From a candidate division Hyd24-12 bacterium UBA5074 (GTDB taxonomy: Bacteria; Fermentibacterota; Fermentibacteria; Fermentibacterales; Fermentibacteraceae): a DNA stretch of 64,000 nt. Made by a program: the position numbers and the translations under genes. Under the pieces are notes generated by a model that did no database searches, was not told where the DNA came from, and saw only the letters and a list, made by a program, of their open reading frames with translations. Each line of letters begins with the position of its first letter. Position 1 is the first letter of the stretch. Positions 9,797 through 19,093 of this stretch are shown here, piece by piece. The stretch spans positions 26,958 to 90,957 of the forward strand of contig DIAQ01000033.1 of NCBI GenBank assembly GCA_002414865.1, in the 5' to 3' direction.

Positions 9797-10323
9797 TGGC
9801 CGTCGTGCGGGCGGCCATAAGGCTCAAGTCGTCGGACCCCGTGGCCGGAACAGCTCTGCGGGCCCTCTCCAGGGCCATGCCGGACTCCTGTCCCGAGGCG
9901 CTCTCCCGCTACGACCTGTGGGAGTTCGACCTCCCGGGCGGCCGCGAGGAGGTCCTGGCCATCCTCGCGAGGTTCCCCGACATATTGAATCCCAACAAAC
10001 AGGAGTGCTTCTTCCCGGAGGAGGGACTCCTGCCGGGTGAGAGCCCCTCGCTGACATGGGTCTCCGTGGAGGTCTCCGAGAGATCAGGCTCCACAGGCTC
10101 CACCTGGAGCCAGGTGATAGGCCGTGCAGGCTTCGAGCTGCGGGGATTGAGGCTCCTGACGCTCTGGAGGCTGGGGTACCCCTCGGCCGTGGGTTCCGCC
10201 CGGGCCCTCGAGGCTGCGGGGGAGACCGCAGTCTCCGTCTCGAGGAACCGCGGGCTGCTTTCCAACCCTGTTTCACAGTCCGCGGAAGTATCGGCCGCAC
10301 TTTCAGGAGCCCGAAGCCTTTGA
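9796..10323 (+). CDS. Probable tandem PurS-like protein
   Basis: Follows purL-purQ; 175 aa is about twice PurS length; DP near the N-terminus and two L.NP motifs (ILNPNKQ, LLSNPVSQ). Confidence 0.6.
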   Translation: MAVVRAAIRLKSSDPVAGTALRALSRAMPDSCPEALSRYDLWEFDLPGGREEVLAILARFPDILNPNKQECFFPEEGLLPGESPSLTWVSVEVSERSGSTGSTWSQVIGRAGFELRGLRLLTLWRLGYPSAVGSARALEAAGETAVSVSRNRGLLSNPVSQSAEVSAALSGARSL

Positions 10324-12728
10324 CGTCCCCCGTCTCCTGGGAGGACCTCCTCGGAGGGCTCTCCCATCCCCAGCAGTATGTCGGATGCGAGTGGAACACC
10401 GTGGCTGCCAGGTCCGGCCTGGCCGACGTCGCTCTGGTTTATCCGGACATCTACGAGCTCGGGGCGTCCAACTTCGGCCTGTCGGTCGTGCGCCACGCGC
10501 TCCTGCGCTCGGGGGCCTTCAACGTGCGCAGGGCGTTCTGCCCCGCGCCCGATCTGGCCGGCCTCATAGAGTCGGGGAGGAGCCCCTGGCGCTGCGTCGA
10601 GGACGGCTTCCCCGTGGCATCGTGCCGTGTCATCGGATTCGGGGTCCCTTCCGAGGCGCTCTTCTCCAACGTCCTGTTCCTCCTCCGGCTCGCGGGGCTC
10701 CAGACCAGGTCGACCGGCAGGAGGGATTCCGACCCCCTGATCCTGGCAGGCGGAGGGGGCATCTCGAATCCTCTCCCCCTTTCGCCCTTCGTCGACGTCT
10801 TCTTCCTGGGGGAGGCCGAGGAGCAGGCGGCGGCTCTCTTCGAGTCTCTCTCCGGACAGGGCTCCAGGCAGGATAGACTGGAGTCCGCGGCAGGGATACC
10901 GGGCGTCTGGGTCCCCGCCCTCGGGGTGAAGCCCGTCGAGCTCCAGAGGGTGCGCCGGCTGACCATGGAGGATGCTCCGGTAAGGCAGCTCGTCCCGCTC
11001 GCTCAGATATCCCACGACAGGGCCGTCGTGGAGATAGCCCGCGGCTGCACCCGGGGGTGCAGGTTCTGCCAGGCCACGCAGCTGACGCGGCCGGTCAGGG
11101 AGAGGCCGGTAGGGGACGTCCTCGAGCTGGCCGCGTCCTGTCTCAGGCAGACGGGCTGGGAGGAGGCGGGATTCCTGTCGCTCTCCTTCTCGGACTATGG
11201 AGACCTGGACACGCTGCTGGCGGGGGCCTCGAATCTCGAGAGGGAGCTGGGAATAGCGGTTTCCAAGCCTTCGCTGAGGCCGGACAGCTTCGCCAGGCTC
11301 GCAGCGGGGGGCAGGATGCGGGGCAGGGTCACCCTCGCCCCGGAGGCTGGATCGGAAAGGCTCAGATACAGCCTGAATAAGATCCTCCCGGACGATGACA
11401 TCCTCTCGGCTGCCGACACGGCCTTCCGTCTCGGCGCGACCGGGATCAAGCTCTATTTCATGATCGGGCTGCCCGGCGAGTCCTGTGAAGATCTCGACGC
11501 CATGGTCGAGCTCCTCGGGAGGCTGCGGAGCGTCGCCGCGTCCAGGGGCCGCAGGGGGCGGGACGTGATCGGAGCAGCCCTCTCGCCGTTCGTCCCCAAG
11601 CCGCACACTCCTCTTCAGTGGGCTCCGCAGCTCGCCCCCGACGAGGTCCGCGGCAGGATCGAGCGCATCTGCTCGGCCATAAGGTGGGGGAAGCCGGGAT
11701 GGAACGACCCGAGACTCGCCCTCCTCGAGGCGGTTCTCGGCCTGGGTGATGGGCACGGGACGGCAGACATGCTCGAAGAGGCCGTCCTCACCGGGGCGAG
11801 GTTCGATGCCTGGAGCGATCGCTTCCGGTGGGACATCTGGGAGCCGGTCCTCCGGAGTGGAGGAGCCTTCTCGCCGGATGGCCCCCAGGCCGGCCGGGAC
11901 CCCTCTGCCGATCTCCCCTGGAGCTTCGTCAGGGCGGGGTCATCAGTCGAGTTCCTCCGCGCCGAGTACGGGCGGTTCCTGGCGGGCGTGCCCACCCCTG
12001 ACTGCAGGGAGGCCGGATGCTCGGGCTGCGGTGCATGCCGGGACGCCGGGACAGTCGGAGAGGTGGCGACAGGAGGCCTGGAGTCCGGGAACCCCGCCGT
12101 GCCCGCCCTCGCAAAGGCGCAGCACCAGCCGGTGGCCGTCCTCAGGATTCGATGGGGGAGGCACGGGCTGGCGAGATTCTCGTCCCACCTCGACATGGTG
12201 AGGCTCTGGACCAGAACGATCAGGAGGTCGGGGCTCCCCGCCGCCGGCAGGGGCGACTTCGTCAGGCGCCTGAGGGTCCGCTTCGGACCGGCGTTGCCGC
12301 TGGGGTTTGAGAGCGGGGCCGAAGTTCTGGATATTCTGCTGGAGGCGGTGCCTGCCCCGGGCGCCCTTGCGGCGCTCGCCGCGGCCCTGCCGCAGGGCTT
12401 CGAGATCTGCGAGGGACGCCTGCTGCCCCCTGGTGCGGGGGCGCCCGACGCGGAGGCGGAAGTGGCCGAGTACGAGTTCACCGGGGCCGAGGATGGCCCC
12501 TTGCGGGAAGTCCTCTCCCGGGCGCCGGGAATTGTGTTGTCCGGCGCAGGAGCGGACGGGAAGACCCGCGCGATGATCGGGCTGGGAGGCGGTTCGCCGA
12601 GGGTGGACAGGCTCCTCTCCGAAGCGGGCGTCCGGGTTGGCCTCATAAAGAGGACCGGGCTCTTCGCGCTGCGTGGAGGGGAACCGACCCCGCTGCTGTC
12701 TCTCCATGAGGGGGATGATCTCACTTGA
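10320..12728 (+). CDS. TIGR03960-type radical SAM protein fused to a TIGR03936/DUF2344-type domain
   Basis: TTG start overlapping the upstream stop; YPDIYELG, EIARGCTRGCRFC, APEAGSERLR, FVPKPHTP, then ARFSSHLD and FGPALPLG; typical position upstream of rng-rplU. Confidence 0.88.
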   Translation: MTSPVSWEDLLGGLSHPQQYVGCEWNTVAARSGLADVALVYPDIYELGASNFGLSVVRHALLRSGAFNVRRAFCPAPDLAGLIESGRSPWRCVEDGFPVASCRVIGFGVPSEALFSNVLFLLRLAGLQTRSTGRRDSDPLILAGGGGISNPLPLSPFVDVFFLGEAEEQAAALFESLSGQGSRQDRLESAAGIPGVWVPALGVKPVELQRVRRLTMEDAPVRQLVPLAQISHDRAVVEIARGCTRGCRFCQATQLTRPVRERPVGDVLELAASCLRQTGWEEAGFLSLSFSDYGDLDTLLAGASNLERELGIAVSKPSLRPDSFARLAAGGRMRGRVTLAPEAGSERLRYSLNKILPDDDILSAADTAFRLGATGIKLYFMIGLPGESCEDLDAMVELLGRLRSVAASRGRRGRDVIGAALSPFVPKPHTPLQWAPQLAPDEVRGRIERICSAIRWGKPGWNDPRLALLEAVLGLGDGHGTADMLEEAVLTGARFDAWSDRFRWDIWEPVLRSGGAFSPDGPQAGRDPSADLPWSFVRAGSSVEFLRAEYGRFLAGVPTPDCREAGCSGCGACRDAGTVGEVATGGLESGNPAVPALAKAQHQPVAVLRIRWGRHGLARFSSHLDMVRLWTRTIRRSGLPAAGRGDFVRRLRVRFGPALPLGFESGAEVLDILLEAVPAPGALAALAAALPQGFEICEGRLLPPGAGAPDAEAEVAEYEFTGAEDGPLREVLSRAPGIVLSGAGADGKTRAMIGLGGGSPRVDRLLSEAGVRVGLIKRTGLFALRGGEPTPLLSLHEGDDLT

Positions 12729-14257
12729 AATCGGATTTCATTGTCAACTCGCATCCTGATGTGACGCGGATAGCGATCCTCGAGGACGGCCGGCTCATGG
12801 AGCTGATCGTCGAGAAGACCGAGGAGAAGCGCATCGTCGGCAACATCTATCTGGGGCGCGTGAACGCCGTGCTGCCTGGGATGCAGGCCGCATTCGTGGA
12901 CATTGGCCTCGAGCGGAGCGCCTTCCTGCACTCCTCCGACGTGAGGAGCGGGGTGATCGATGCGAAGGCCTTCGCCCAGTCCCTCGTGGAGGAGAAGCCC
13001 CTTCCCGCAGAGGAGTCCAACCAGCCCATCGAGGACCTCCTGCGCCGGGGGCAGGACATACTCGTCCAGGTGACGAAGGAGCCGATCGGCACCAAGGGGG
13101 CGCGCGTCAGCTCCAGGATCTCGATCGCCGGGAGATACGTGGTCAGCATGCCGGGCGACCCGGTCGCGGGCGTGTCCCGGAAGATAGGCGACAGGAAGGA
13201 GCGGACCCGCCTCCGCGAGATCGTCCAGAGGATGCGCGGCGAAGGCTTCGGCATCATCGCGAGGACTGCGGGGACCGATCAGAGCGAGGATGCCTTCAAG
13301 TCGGACGTGGAGAGGATCATCGACCGCTGGAAGGAGATAGGGGAGCTCACGCTCCGCTCCAGGGCGCCGGCCCTGCTACACCAGGAGTACGACATCATCA
13401 CGATGACGATGCGCGACCTGGTCTCCGCCGAGATGAGCTCCTTCGTGACCGATTCGAAGGACGTCTTCTCGATAGCGCGGACCTACATGAAGCGGATCAC
13501 GCCCGACATGTCGGCGCGCGTGAGGCTCTACAGGGGCAAGACCCCGATCTTCGACCAGTACGGGGTGGAGCAGGAGATAGTGCAGATACTCAACAGGGAG
13601 GTGCCTCTCAAGAGCGGCGGCTCCCTCGTGATCGACCAGACAGAGGCGCTCGTGGCCATCGATGTGAACACCCGTCGATACGTCGGCAAGAGGAGCCAGG
13701 AGAACACTATCCTGAAGACGAACCTCGAGGCCGCCAAGGAGGTCGCGCGGCAGCTCCGGCTGAGGGACATCGGTGGGATCATCGTCATAGACTTCATCGA
13801 CATGGACATCGAGGACCACAGGGAGAAGGTCGTGAACTCCCTCCGCAGCGAGCTGGGGCGTGACAGGTCTCCCACGAAGACATGCCAGGTCAGCTCGCTC
13901 GGCCTGGTCGAGATGACCCGCAAGAGGGTGAGACCCAGCCTCGTGCAGGCTCTCTCGGAGCCCTGCCCGCACTGCGGCGGAACCGGCAGGGTGCTCTCGG
14001 CGCTCTCGGCCGCCACGCGGCTCGAGCGCCTCCTCGAGAGGGCGTCTCTCCAGAAGAACCACAGGAACATCGTCGTCTCGATCCATCCCGACCTGTCCGA
14101 GTATCTCATGAGGGATGACGGCAGGCGGATGGATCACATCCTGGAAAAGGCGAAGCTCGCGGTGGAGTTTCATGAGGACAGGAGGATGAAGGTCGACCAG
14201 TTCAGGGTGTTCTCCCTGGACACGCACGAGGAGATCACCTCGCTGTACGACTCATGA
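12725..14257 (+). CDS. rng: Rne/Rng family ribonuclease
   Basis: GNIYLGRV, AAFVDIG, LVQVTKEPIGTKGAR, IDVNT, QLRLRDIGGIIVIDFIDM, CPHCGGTG. Confidence 0.95.
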   Translation: MKSDFIVNSHPDVTRIAILEDGRLMELIVEKTEEKRIVGNIYLGRVNAVLPGMQAAFVDIGLERSAFLHSSDVRSGVIDAKAFAQSLVEEKPLPAEESNQPIEDLLRRGQDILVQVTKEPIGTKGARVSSRISIAGRYVVSMPGDPVAGVSRKIGDRKERTRLREIVQRMRGEGFGIIARTAGTDQSEDAFKSDVERIIDRWKEIGELTLRSRAPALLHQEYDIITMTMRDLVSAEMSSFVTDSKDVFSIARTYMKRITPDMSARVRLYRGKTPIFDQYGVEQEIVQILNREVPLKSGGSLVIDQTEALVAIDVNTRRYVGKRSQENTILKTNLEAAKEVARQLRLRDIGGIIVIDFIDMDIEDHREKVVNSLRSELGRDRSPTKTCQVSSLGLVEMTRKRVRPSLVQALSEPCPHCGGTGRVLSALSAATRLERLLERASLQKNHRNIVVSIHPDLSEYLMRDDGRRMDHILEKAKLAVEFHEDRRMKVDQFRVFSLDTHEEITSLYDS

Positions 14258-14262
14258 CGCGG

Positions 14263-14292
14263 TTGACCGGAGCGCAGCCTCCTGCGTATAAA
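14263..14292 (+). promoter_or_regulatory. Possible sigma70 promoter for rplU
   Basis: TTGACC, 18 nt spacer, TATAAA. Confidence 0.4.
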
Positions 14293-14329
14293 CGCAATCG
14301 TTTTGCCGGAGATAACCTGGAGGTGTCCT

Positions 14330-14644
14330 TTGTACGCCATAATCGAAACAGGGGGGCTGCAGTTCCGTGTCCAGCCCGGTCTGAAGCTCATCGTGCCCCG
14401 CCTGCCGCAGGAGGAAGGCGCCAGCGTCAGGATCGAGAAGGTTCTCCTCCTCGGCGGGGAGGGTGACGCGAAGATCGGTGCCCCCACGGTCGCGGGCTCC
14501 AGCGTCGATGCGCTGATAGTCAGGCATCTGCGCGGACCCAAGCTCGACGTGTACCACCGCAAGCGCCGCAAGGGCTACGAGAAGAAGACGGGCCATCGCC
14601 AGGAGCTCACCGAGATCCAGATAACCGGCATCGCCGGAAGCTGA
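14330..14644 (+). CDS. rplU: 50S ribosomal protein L21
   Basis: TTG start after GGAGG; MYAIIETGG.QFRV, KRRKGY, GHRQ.LT. Confidence 0.95.
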   Translation: MYAIIETGGLQFRVQPGLKLIVPRLPQEEGASVRIEKVLLLGGEGDAKIGAPTVAGSSVDALIVRHLRGPKLDVYHRKRRKGYEKKTGHRQELTEIQITGIAGS

Positions 14645-14646
14645 GC

Positions 14647-15486
14647 TTGGCCCTGCTCCTCGAAGGCAGGGGGCTGGCCGCCTCGATCAGGGCCCGCGTG
14701 GCTTCGGAAGCCGCAGCCCTGGGCGGCCGCCCGCCCGGCCTCGCCGTCATACTCGTGGGCGACGACCCGGCCAGCGAATCCTATGTGGCGGGCAAGCGGA
14801 AGGCCTGCGAGAAGGCCGGCTTCGTCTCATCGGTCTCAAGGTTCTTCGATTCTGTCGGCCCGGAGGTCCTGCTGGCGGAGATCGCAAGGTTGAACGCCGA
14901 CCCTTCGATAGACGGCATACTCTGCCAGCTCCCTCTGCCGGGCCACATCCCGCTCGATGCGGTTGCACGGGCGGTGCTCCCTTCCAAGGACGTCGACGGC
15001 TTCCACCCCCAGAACGTGGGAAGCCTCTGGCGCGGAGAGAGGGGCATCGTGCCCTGCACTCCGGCCGGCATAATGAGGCTCCTCGACGCCAACGGGATCG
15101 ATCCTTCGGGCAGGCGCGCCGTGGTGGTCGGCCGCAGCGGGATCGTCGGCAAGCCCGTCGCCGCTCTGCTCCTCGCCGCGAATGCCACCGTCACCATCGC
15201 CCATTCGAAGACGCGCGACCTCGCCTCCGTCTGCCGCGAGGCCTACATCCTGGTCACGGCCGCGGGGATCCCGGGGCTCATAGGTGCCGATTTCGTGGCT
15301 CCCGGAGCCGTCGTGATCGATGTCGGGATCACCCGGACGGCCGGAGGGCTCGCCGGGGATGTCGATTTCGAATCCGTGGAGCCGCTCTGCTCCGCGATAA
15401 CACCCGTGCCCGGAGGGGTGGGTCCGCTCACCATCGCTCTCCTGCTCGAGAACACGCTTGCCTGCAGGAAGCTGGCAGCGGGCTGA
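14647..15486 (+). CDS. folD: Bifunctional methylenetetrahydrofolate dehydrogenase/cyclohydrolase
   Basis: LAVILVGDDPAS..YV, QLPLP, KDVDGFHP, PCTP, GRS.IVGKP, TPVPGGVGP. Confidence 0.97.
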   Translation: MALLLEGRGLAASIRARVASEAAALGGRPPGLAVILVGDDPASESYVAGKRKACEKAGFVSSVSRFFDSVGPEVLLAEIARLNADPSIDGILCQLPLPGHIPLDAVARAVLPSKDVDGFHPQNVGSLWRGERGIVPCTPAGIMRLLDANGIDPSGRRAVVVGRSGIVGKPVAALLLAANATVTIAHSKTRDLASVCREAYILVTAAGIPGLIGADFVAPGAVVIDVGITRTAGGLAGDVDFESVEPLCSAITPVPGGVGPLTIALLLENTLACRKLAAG

Positions 15487-15626
15487 ACAGGCCCCGGGCT
15501 TTCTCCGGAACGCGCTCCCTGCGATAATAGACCGGATGACGAGGGGTCCGCGGGGCTTCAGATGCTCCGCACGTCCCGCGCGCAGATCCGGTCCGGCGGC
15601 CGCCCGCCGTTTTCGGGAGGAGTTCC

Positions 15627-15980
15627 GTGAGCTCGACCGACATCATCCTTCTCGCAGGAGTCGCCGGTGTCTGGATCGGTCTTCTCGTCGCCGCAATCGC
15701 GGTGTTGAGGGCGCTGCGTGCCGTCTACAGGCTCGAGTTCGAGATGGAGCGTCTCCGGAGGGAAATGGACGGCCTCGTGCCCAGGGTGGGTGGAGCTCTC
15801 GACGAGCTGGCCCGGATGGGTTCCGAGATATCGAAGACGGCTTCGTCGGCCCGGACCCTGATGGAGTCTGCCGACAAGCGATTCTTCAAGAGCGCGGCGG
15901 CCGGGGTCGCGGGGTATCTTCCCCTCGCCGCAGGCATCGCCCGCATCGTCCTGCCGATCGTCTTCAGGAGGCACAGATGA
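15627..15980 (+). CDS. Small membrane protein with coiled coil (DUF948-like)
   Basis: GTG after GGAGGAG; N-terminal TM helix, helical middle, hydrophobic C-terminus; stop overlaps the next ATG. Confidence 0.6.
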   Translation: MSSTDIILLAGVAGVWIGLLVAAIAVLRALRAVYRLEFEMERLRREMDGLVPRVGGALDELARMGSEISKTASSARTLMESADKRFFKSAAAGVAGYLPLAAGIARIVLPIVFRRHR

Positions 15981-16921
15981 GGCTCGCGATTTCGTGTGCG
16001 CTGCTCGCAGGCCTTCTGGCGGCGGGCTGCAGGAGCGGCGCGGAGGGCCCCCTGAAGGGCGTCCTCCTCGTCTATCCGCAGGGTATGGAGGAGCAGGCCG
16101 ATTCGCTCTCCTCCGCCCTGCAGATCGTGGTGGCCACCGTGGATCCCGAGCCCGTGTTCGCCTTCTCATACGCGTCGGAGGACGAGCTGGACGCCTCGCT
16201 CGAGAGGCGCAGGACGATCCTGTTCCTCTGCCCCTCCGTCGAGGACGTGCCGGACGGCCTGGAGAGGGTGGGTTCCCACTGGGCGGGCAGCGACCGCTGG
16301 GCGCTCGACCAGGCGGTCTTCGCAGCCGTGCCGGGAGTGACCGACGCATCGGAGCTCTCGACCGCCATGCAGCTCGCATACGACGCCCATCTGAGGAGCT
16401 ATCTCTACCGGTCCTTCGTCAGCACAGGCATGTCGAGCCCCGAGAGGATCGACAGCCTCAGGGCGGTGGGCTTCTCCATGGACGTCCCCAGATCGTACCG
16501 GACGGCGGAGTGGAGGCCGGAGGACGGCTTCATCCAGTTCCAGCGCACCGTCTCCGACGAAGGCGCGATCATGATCAGCATACGCTGGACCGAAGGCGAC
16601 ACCCTGCTCTCGGCCGGCGAAGCCGTGCTGAGGCGGGAGGCCGTCGCGAGGCGCTTCTTCTACGACGCCGGCGCCGACTCGGTGGACAGGTCGAGGCTGG
16701 ACCTCAGGGCGATGAGCCTGGGGGGCCTCGGCGGATGGAGGCTGCTGGGGGCCTGGCGCAATCCGGAGCATCTTAACGCAGGTGCGTTCACGAGCTATGT
16801 TCTCCAGTCGGATAGCGGTGTCTGGGTCCTCGATACCGAGGTCTTCAACCCCGGTGAGGAGAAGGAGCCGTTCATACGCGAGGGGTGGATCATCATGAAC
16901 ACCTTCTCGCTGGAGGGCTAG
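15977..16921 (+). CDS. Lipoprotein, DUF4837-like
   Basis: Lipobox LAAGC; EPVF near the N-terminus; G.W....AGAF.SY and FNPGEEK near the C-terminus. Confidence 0.65.
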   Translation: MRLAISCALLAGLLAAGCRSGAEGPLKGVLLVYPQGMEEQADSLSSALQIVVATVDPEPVFAFSYASEDELDASLERRRTILFLCPSVEDVPDGLERVGSHWAGSDRWALDQAVFAAVPGVTDASELSTAMQLAYDAHLRSYLYRSFVSTGMSSPERIDSLRAVGFSMDVPRSYRTAEWRPEDGFIQFQRTVSDEGAIMISIRWTEGDTLLSAGEAVLRREAVARRFFYDAGADSVDRSRLDLRAMSLGGLGGWRLLGAWRNPEHLNAGAFTSYVLQSDSGVWVLDTEVFNPGEEKEPFIREGWIIMNTFSLEG

Positions 16922-16922
16922 A

Positions 16923-18053
16923 ATGCCTGACGCCCTGGAAAACGAGATAAGGGGCCTGTACGACGACTGGATCTCCAGTCCGTCAGCGTCCGTGTGCGCC
17001 AGGCTGGCCGACCGGCTGAGGATCGCGGGAAGGCCGGACGAGGCTCTGGAAGTGGCTTCGAGGGGTCTGCAGGACTGGCCGGCCAACAATGCCATCCTGC
17101 TGGCAGCGGCGAGGTGCCACCGGGATACCGGGAACATCGTCTCCGCCTCGGAGGCCTTCGACAAGGTCCTCGGAACGGATCCCTTCAACCTTGTAGCCCT
17201 CCGCGCGTCCGCCGAGATCGCCATGACCCGGGGCAGGCACGAGGATGCCATCCGCATCCTGGGCGACTACCTCTTCGAGAACCCCGCCGACACTGATGCC
17301 GAGAAGCTCCTGGACGAAGCGAAGGAGGCCGTGAGGAAAGGCGGCGGGCCGGATGCCCGGGCCACGGTCCAGACGCCTGCTGAAGCCTCTGCCGCGGAAG
17401 CTGCAGCCGCCCCGGAACAGCCTCCTTCCGAGCCCGTCGCTCCGCCGGCGCCGGTAGAGCCGCCCTCCGGAATCCCCCGGGATGTCCCCCCGGGTGTTCC
17501 GGAAGCCCTTCCCGGACCCGAGCCCGGGGAGGAGCCCGGCCCGGAGCAGCAGGCCGTTCAGCTGCCGGAGGCCTCCGCCGGTCAGGCGTCCGGACAGGAG
17601 CAGGAGGACAAGGAGGATCCGGGATACCCGCGGACGGCCAGGATGGAGAGGATATTCCAGGAGCAGGGCAAGGACCCCGGCGCGTTCCCGATGCCGCCGA
17701 CCCCCGGTGATGCGCCCGCCTCTGCCGCCGTCGAAGAGACGACGCCCCCGCCGGCGGCCGGGGATGCCGGGATGGATGCGGCGGCCGCCCCGGAAGAACC
17801 AGCCCCTTCAGTCGCGGCGACCCCTCAGGCGTTCCTGACGCCGGATCCCTCGTCTGTCGTCAGCGATTCCCCTTCCGTGGAAGAGCCCGAAACCCCCGCC
17901 GCTGCCGGGCCGGAACGGCTCCAGCCCGCTCCCGTCGACGCCCCGGCGGCGAAGAGCGCTCCGAGGAGGGATCCCAGGAGCCTCCTCGACCTCTTCTCGC
18001 TCGAAGAGCGCGACGAACTCGGACTCGAGCCGTACAGGTCGGAGGAGGCATGA
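16923..18053 (+). CDS. TPR protein with long Pro/Ala/Glu-rich disordered C-terminus
   Basis: About 140 aa of TPR-like helical repeats (ARLAD.LR..G..DEA) then a low-complexity tail; operon-coupled with aroQ. Confidence 0.75.
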   Translation: MPDALENEIRGLYDDWISSPSASVCARLADRLRIAGRPDEALEVASRGLQDWPANNAILLAAARCHRDTGNIVSASEAFDKVLGTDPFNLVALRASAEIAMTRGRHEDAIRILGDYLFENPADTDAEKLLDEAKEAVRKGGGPDARATVQTPAEASAAEAAAAPEQPPSEPVAPPAPVEPPSGIPRDVPPGVPEALPGPEPGEEPGPEQQAVQLPEASAGQASGQEQEDKEDPGYPRTARMERIFQEQGKDPGAFPMPPTPGDAPASAAVEETTPPPAAGDAGMDAAAAPEEPAPSVAATPQAFLTPDPSSVVSDSPSVEEPETPAAAGPERLQPAPVDAPAAKSAPRRDPRSLLDLFSLEERDELGLEPYRSEEA

Positions 18054-18538
18054 CCCGTCTGCGCGTGGCGGTCATCAACGGGCCGAACCTCTCCCATCTG
18101 GGGAGCCGCCAGCCTGAGATCTACGGATCAGGAACCGCCTCCGATCTCGGAGCCCTCCTCGAGGACGCATCCCGGGAGCTCGGCATGGAGATCGATCTCG
18201 TCCAGCACGACGGCGAGGGAGAATTCGTATCCGCCGTCTGGCAGGCGTCGCGCGACTGCTGCGCCCTCATCGTCAATCCGGGGGGGTACTCACACACTTC
18301 CGTCGCTGTGCTGGACGCCCTGGAGGCCTTCCCGGGGATCGTCGCCGAAGTGCATATAAGCCAGGTTTTCCGCCGGGAGGAGGAGAGGAGGAACCTCCTC
18401 ACCGCCCGGGCGGCTGATCTCGTGATAGTGGGCGCGGGCCTGCAGGGCTACCGGCTCGCAGCGGAATACATCGCCCGCTCGGTTGCCGAGAAGGCTTCGA
18501 GAGGCATCTCCGGAGGATCTGATGATAACCACCAATGA
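18050..18538 (+). CDS. aroQ: Type II 3-dehydroquinate dehydratase
   Basis: INGPNL..LG.R.PEIYG, NPGGYSHTSVA, EVHIS. Confidence 0.93.
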   Translation: MTRLRVAVINGPNLSHLGSRQPEIYGSGTASDLGALLEDASRELGMEIDLVQHDGEGEFVSAVWQASRDCCALIVNPGGYSHTSVAVLDALEAFPGIVAEVHISQVFRREEERRNLLTARAADLVIVGAGLQGYRLAAEYIARSVAEKASRGISGGSDDNHQ

Positions 18539-19085
18539 CCTGAGGCGGGGAACGGTCATCGAAGCCGAGGGAGTGCTCTACCAGGTCGTGGAGTTCCAGC
18601 ATGTCAAGCCGGGCAAGGGTCCCGCGTTCGTGAGGACGAAGCTGCGCGAGATCCACACCGGCAAGGTGCTCGACAGGACCTGGAGGGCCGGGGAGAAGGT
18701 CAAGGACGTCCGCCTCGAGCGCAGGGTCTTCGACCTGCTGTACCGCACCGAGGACGGATTCGTCCTGATGGATCCGGACAGCTTCGAGCAGGTGGTGCTC
18801 GACTCGTCGGTGGTGGGCGATGCCGAGAAGTACCTTGTCGACAACACCAGGCTCGATGTCCTGTTCAACGGGTCCGAGCCGATAATCGTCGAGCCCCCGA
18901 CATTCGTGGAGCTGGCCATCGTCACCACCGATCCCGGGATGAAGGGTGACACAGCGAGCGGGGGCTCCAAGCCGGCAACGCTGGAGACGGGCCTCGTGAT
19001 CCAGGTACCGCTGTTCGTGCGCGAGGGGGACAAGGTCCGCATCGACTCGCGGACCGACACCTACATCGAACGCGTGAAGAGCTGA
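18522..19085 (+). CDS. efp: Elongation factor P
   Basis: HVKPGKGPAFVR, PGMKGDTASGGSKPATLETG, VPLFV. Confidence 0.97.
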   Translation: MITTNDLRRGTVIEAEGVLYQVVEFQHVKPGKGPAFVRTKLREIHTGKVLDRTWRAGEKVKDVRLERRVFDLLYRTEDGFVLMDPDSFEQVVLDSSVVGDAEKYLVDNTRLDVLFNGSEPIIVEPPTFVELAIVTTDPGMKGDTASGGSKPATLETGLVIQVPLFVREGDKVRIDSRTDTYIERVKS

Positions 19086-19093
19086 CATCCGGG

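Noticed and set aside
15530-15600. Possible tRNA-Sec (CTTCAGA loop resembles a UCA anticodon)
   Set aside because: There is no T-loop GTTCRA, no acceptor stem and no CCA. selC was not found in this window.
17340-17960. Repeat-like Pro/Ala/Glu-rich stretch
   Set aside because: It is a low-complexity linker within the TPR protein, with no regular nucleotide repeat or CRISPR spacing.
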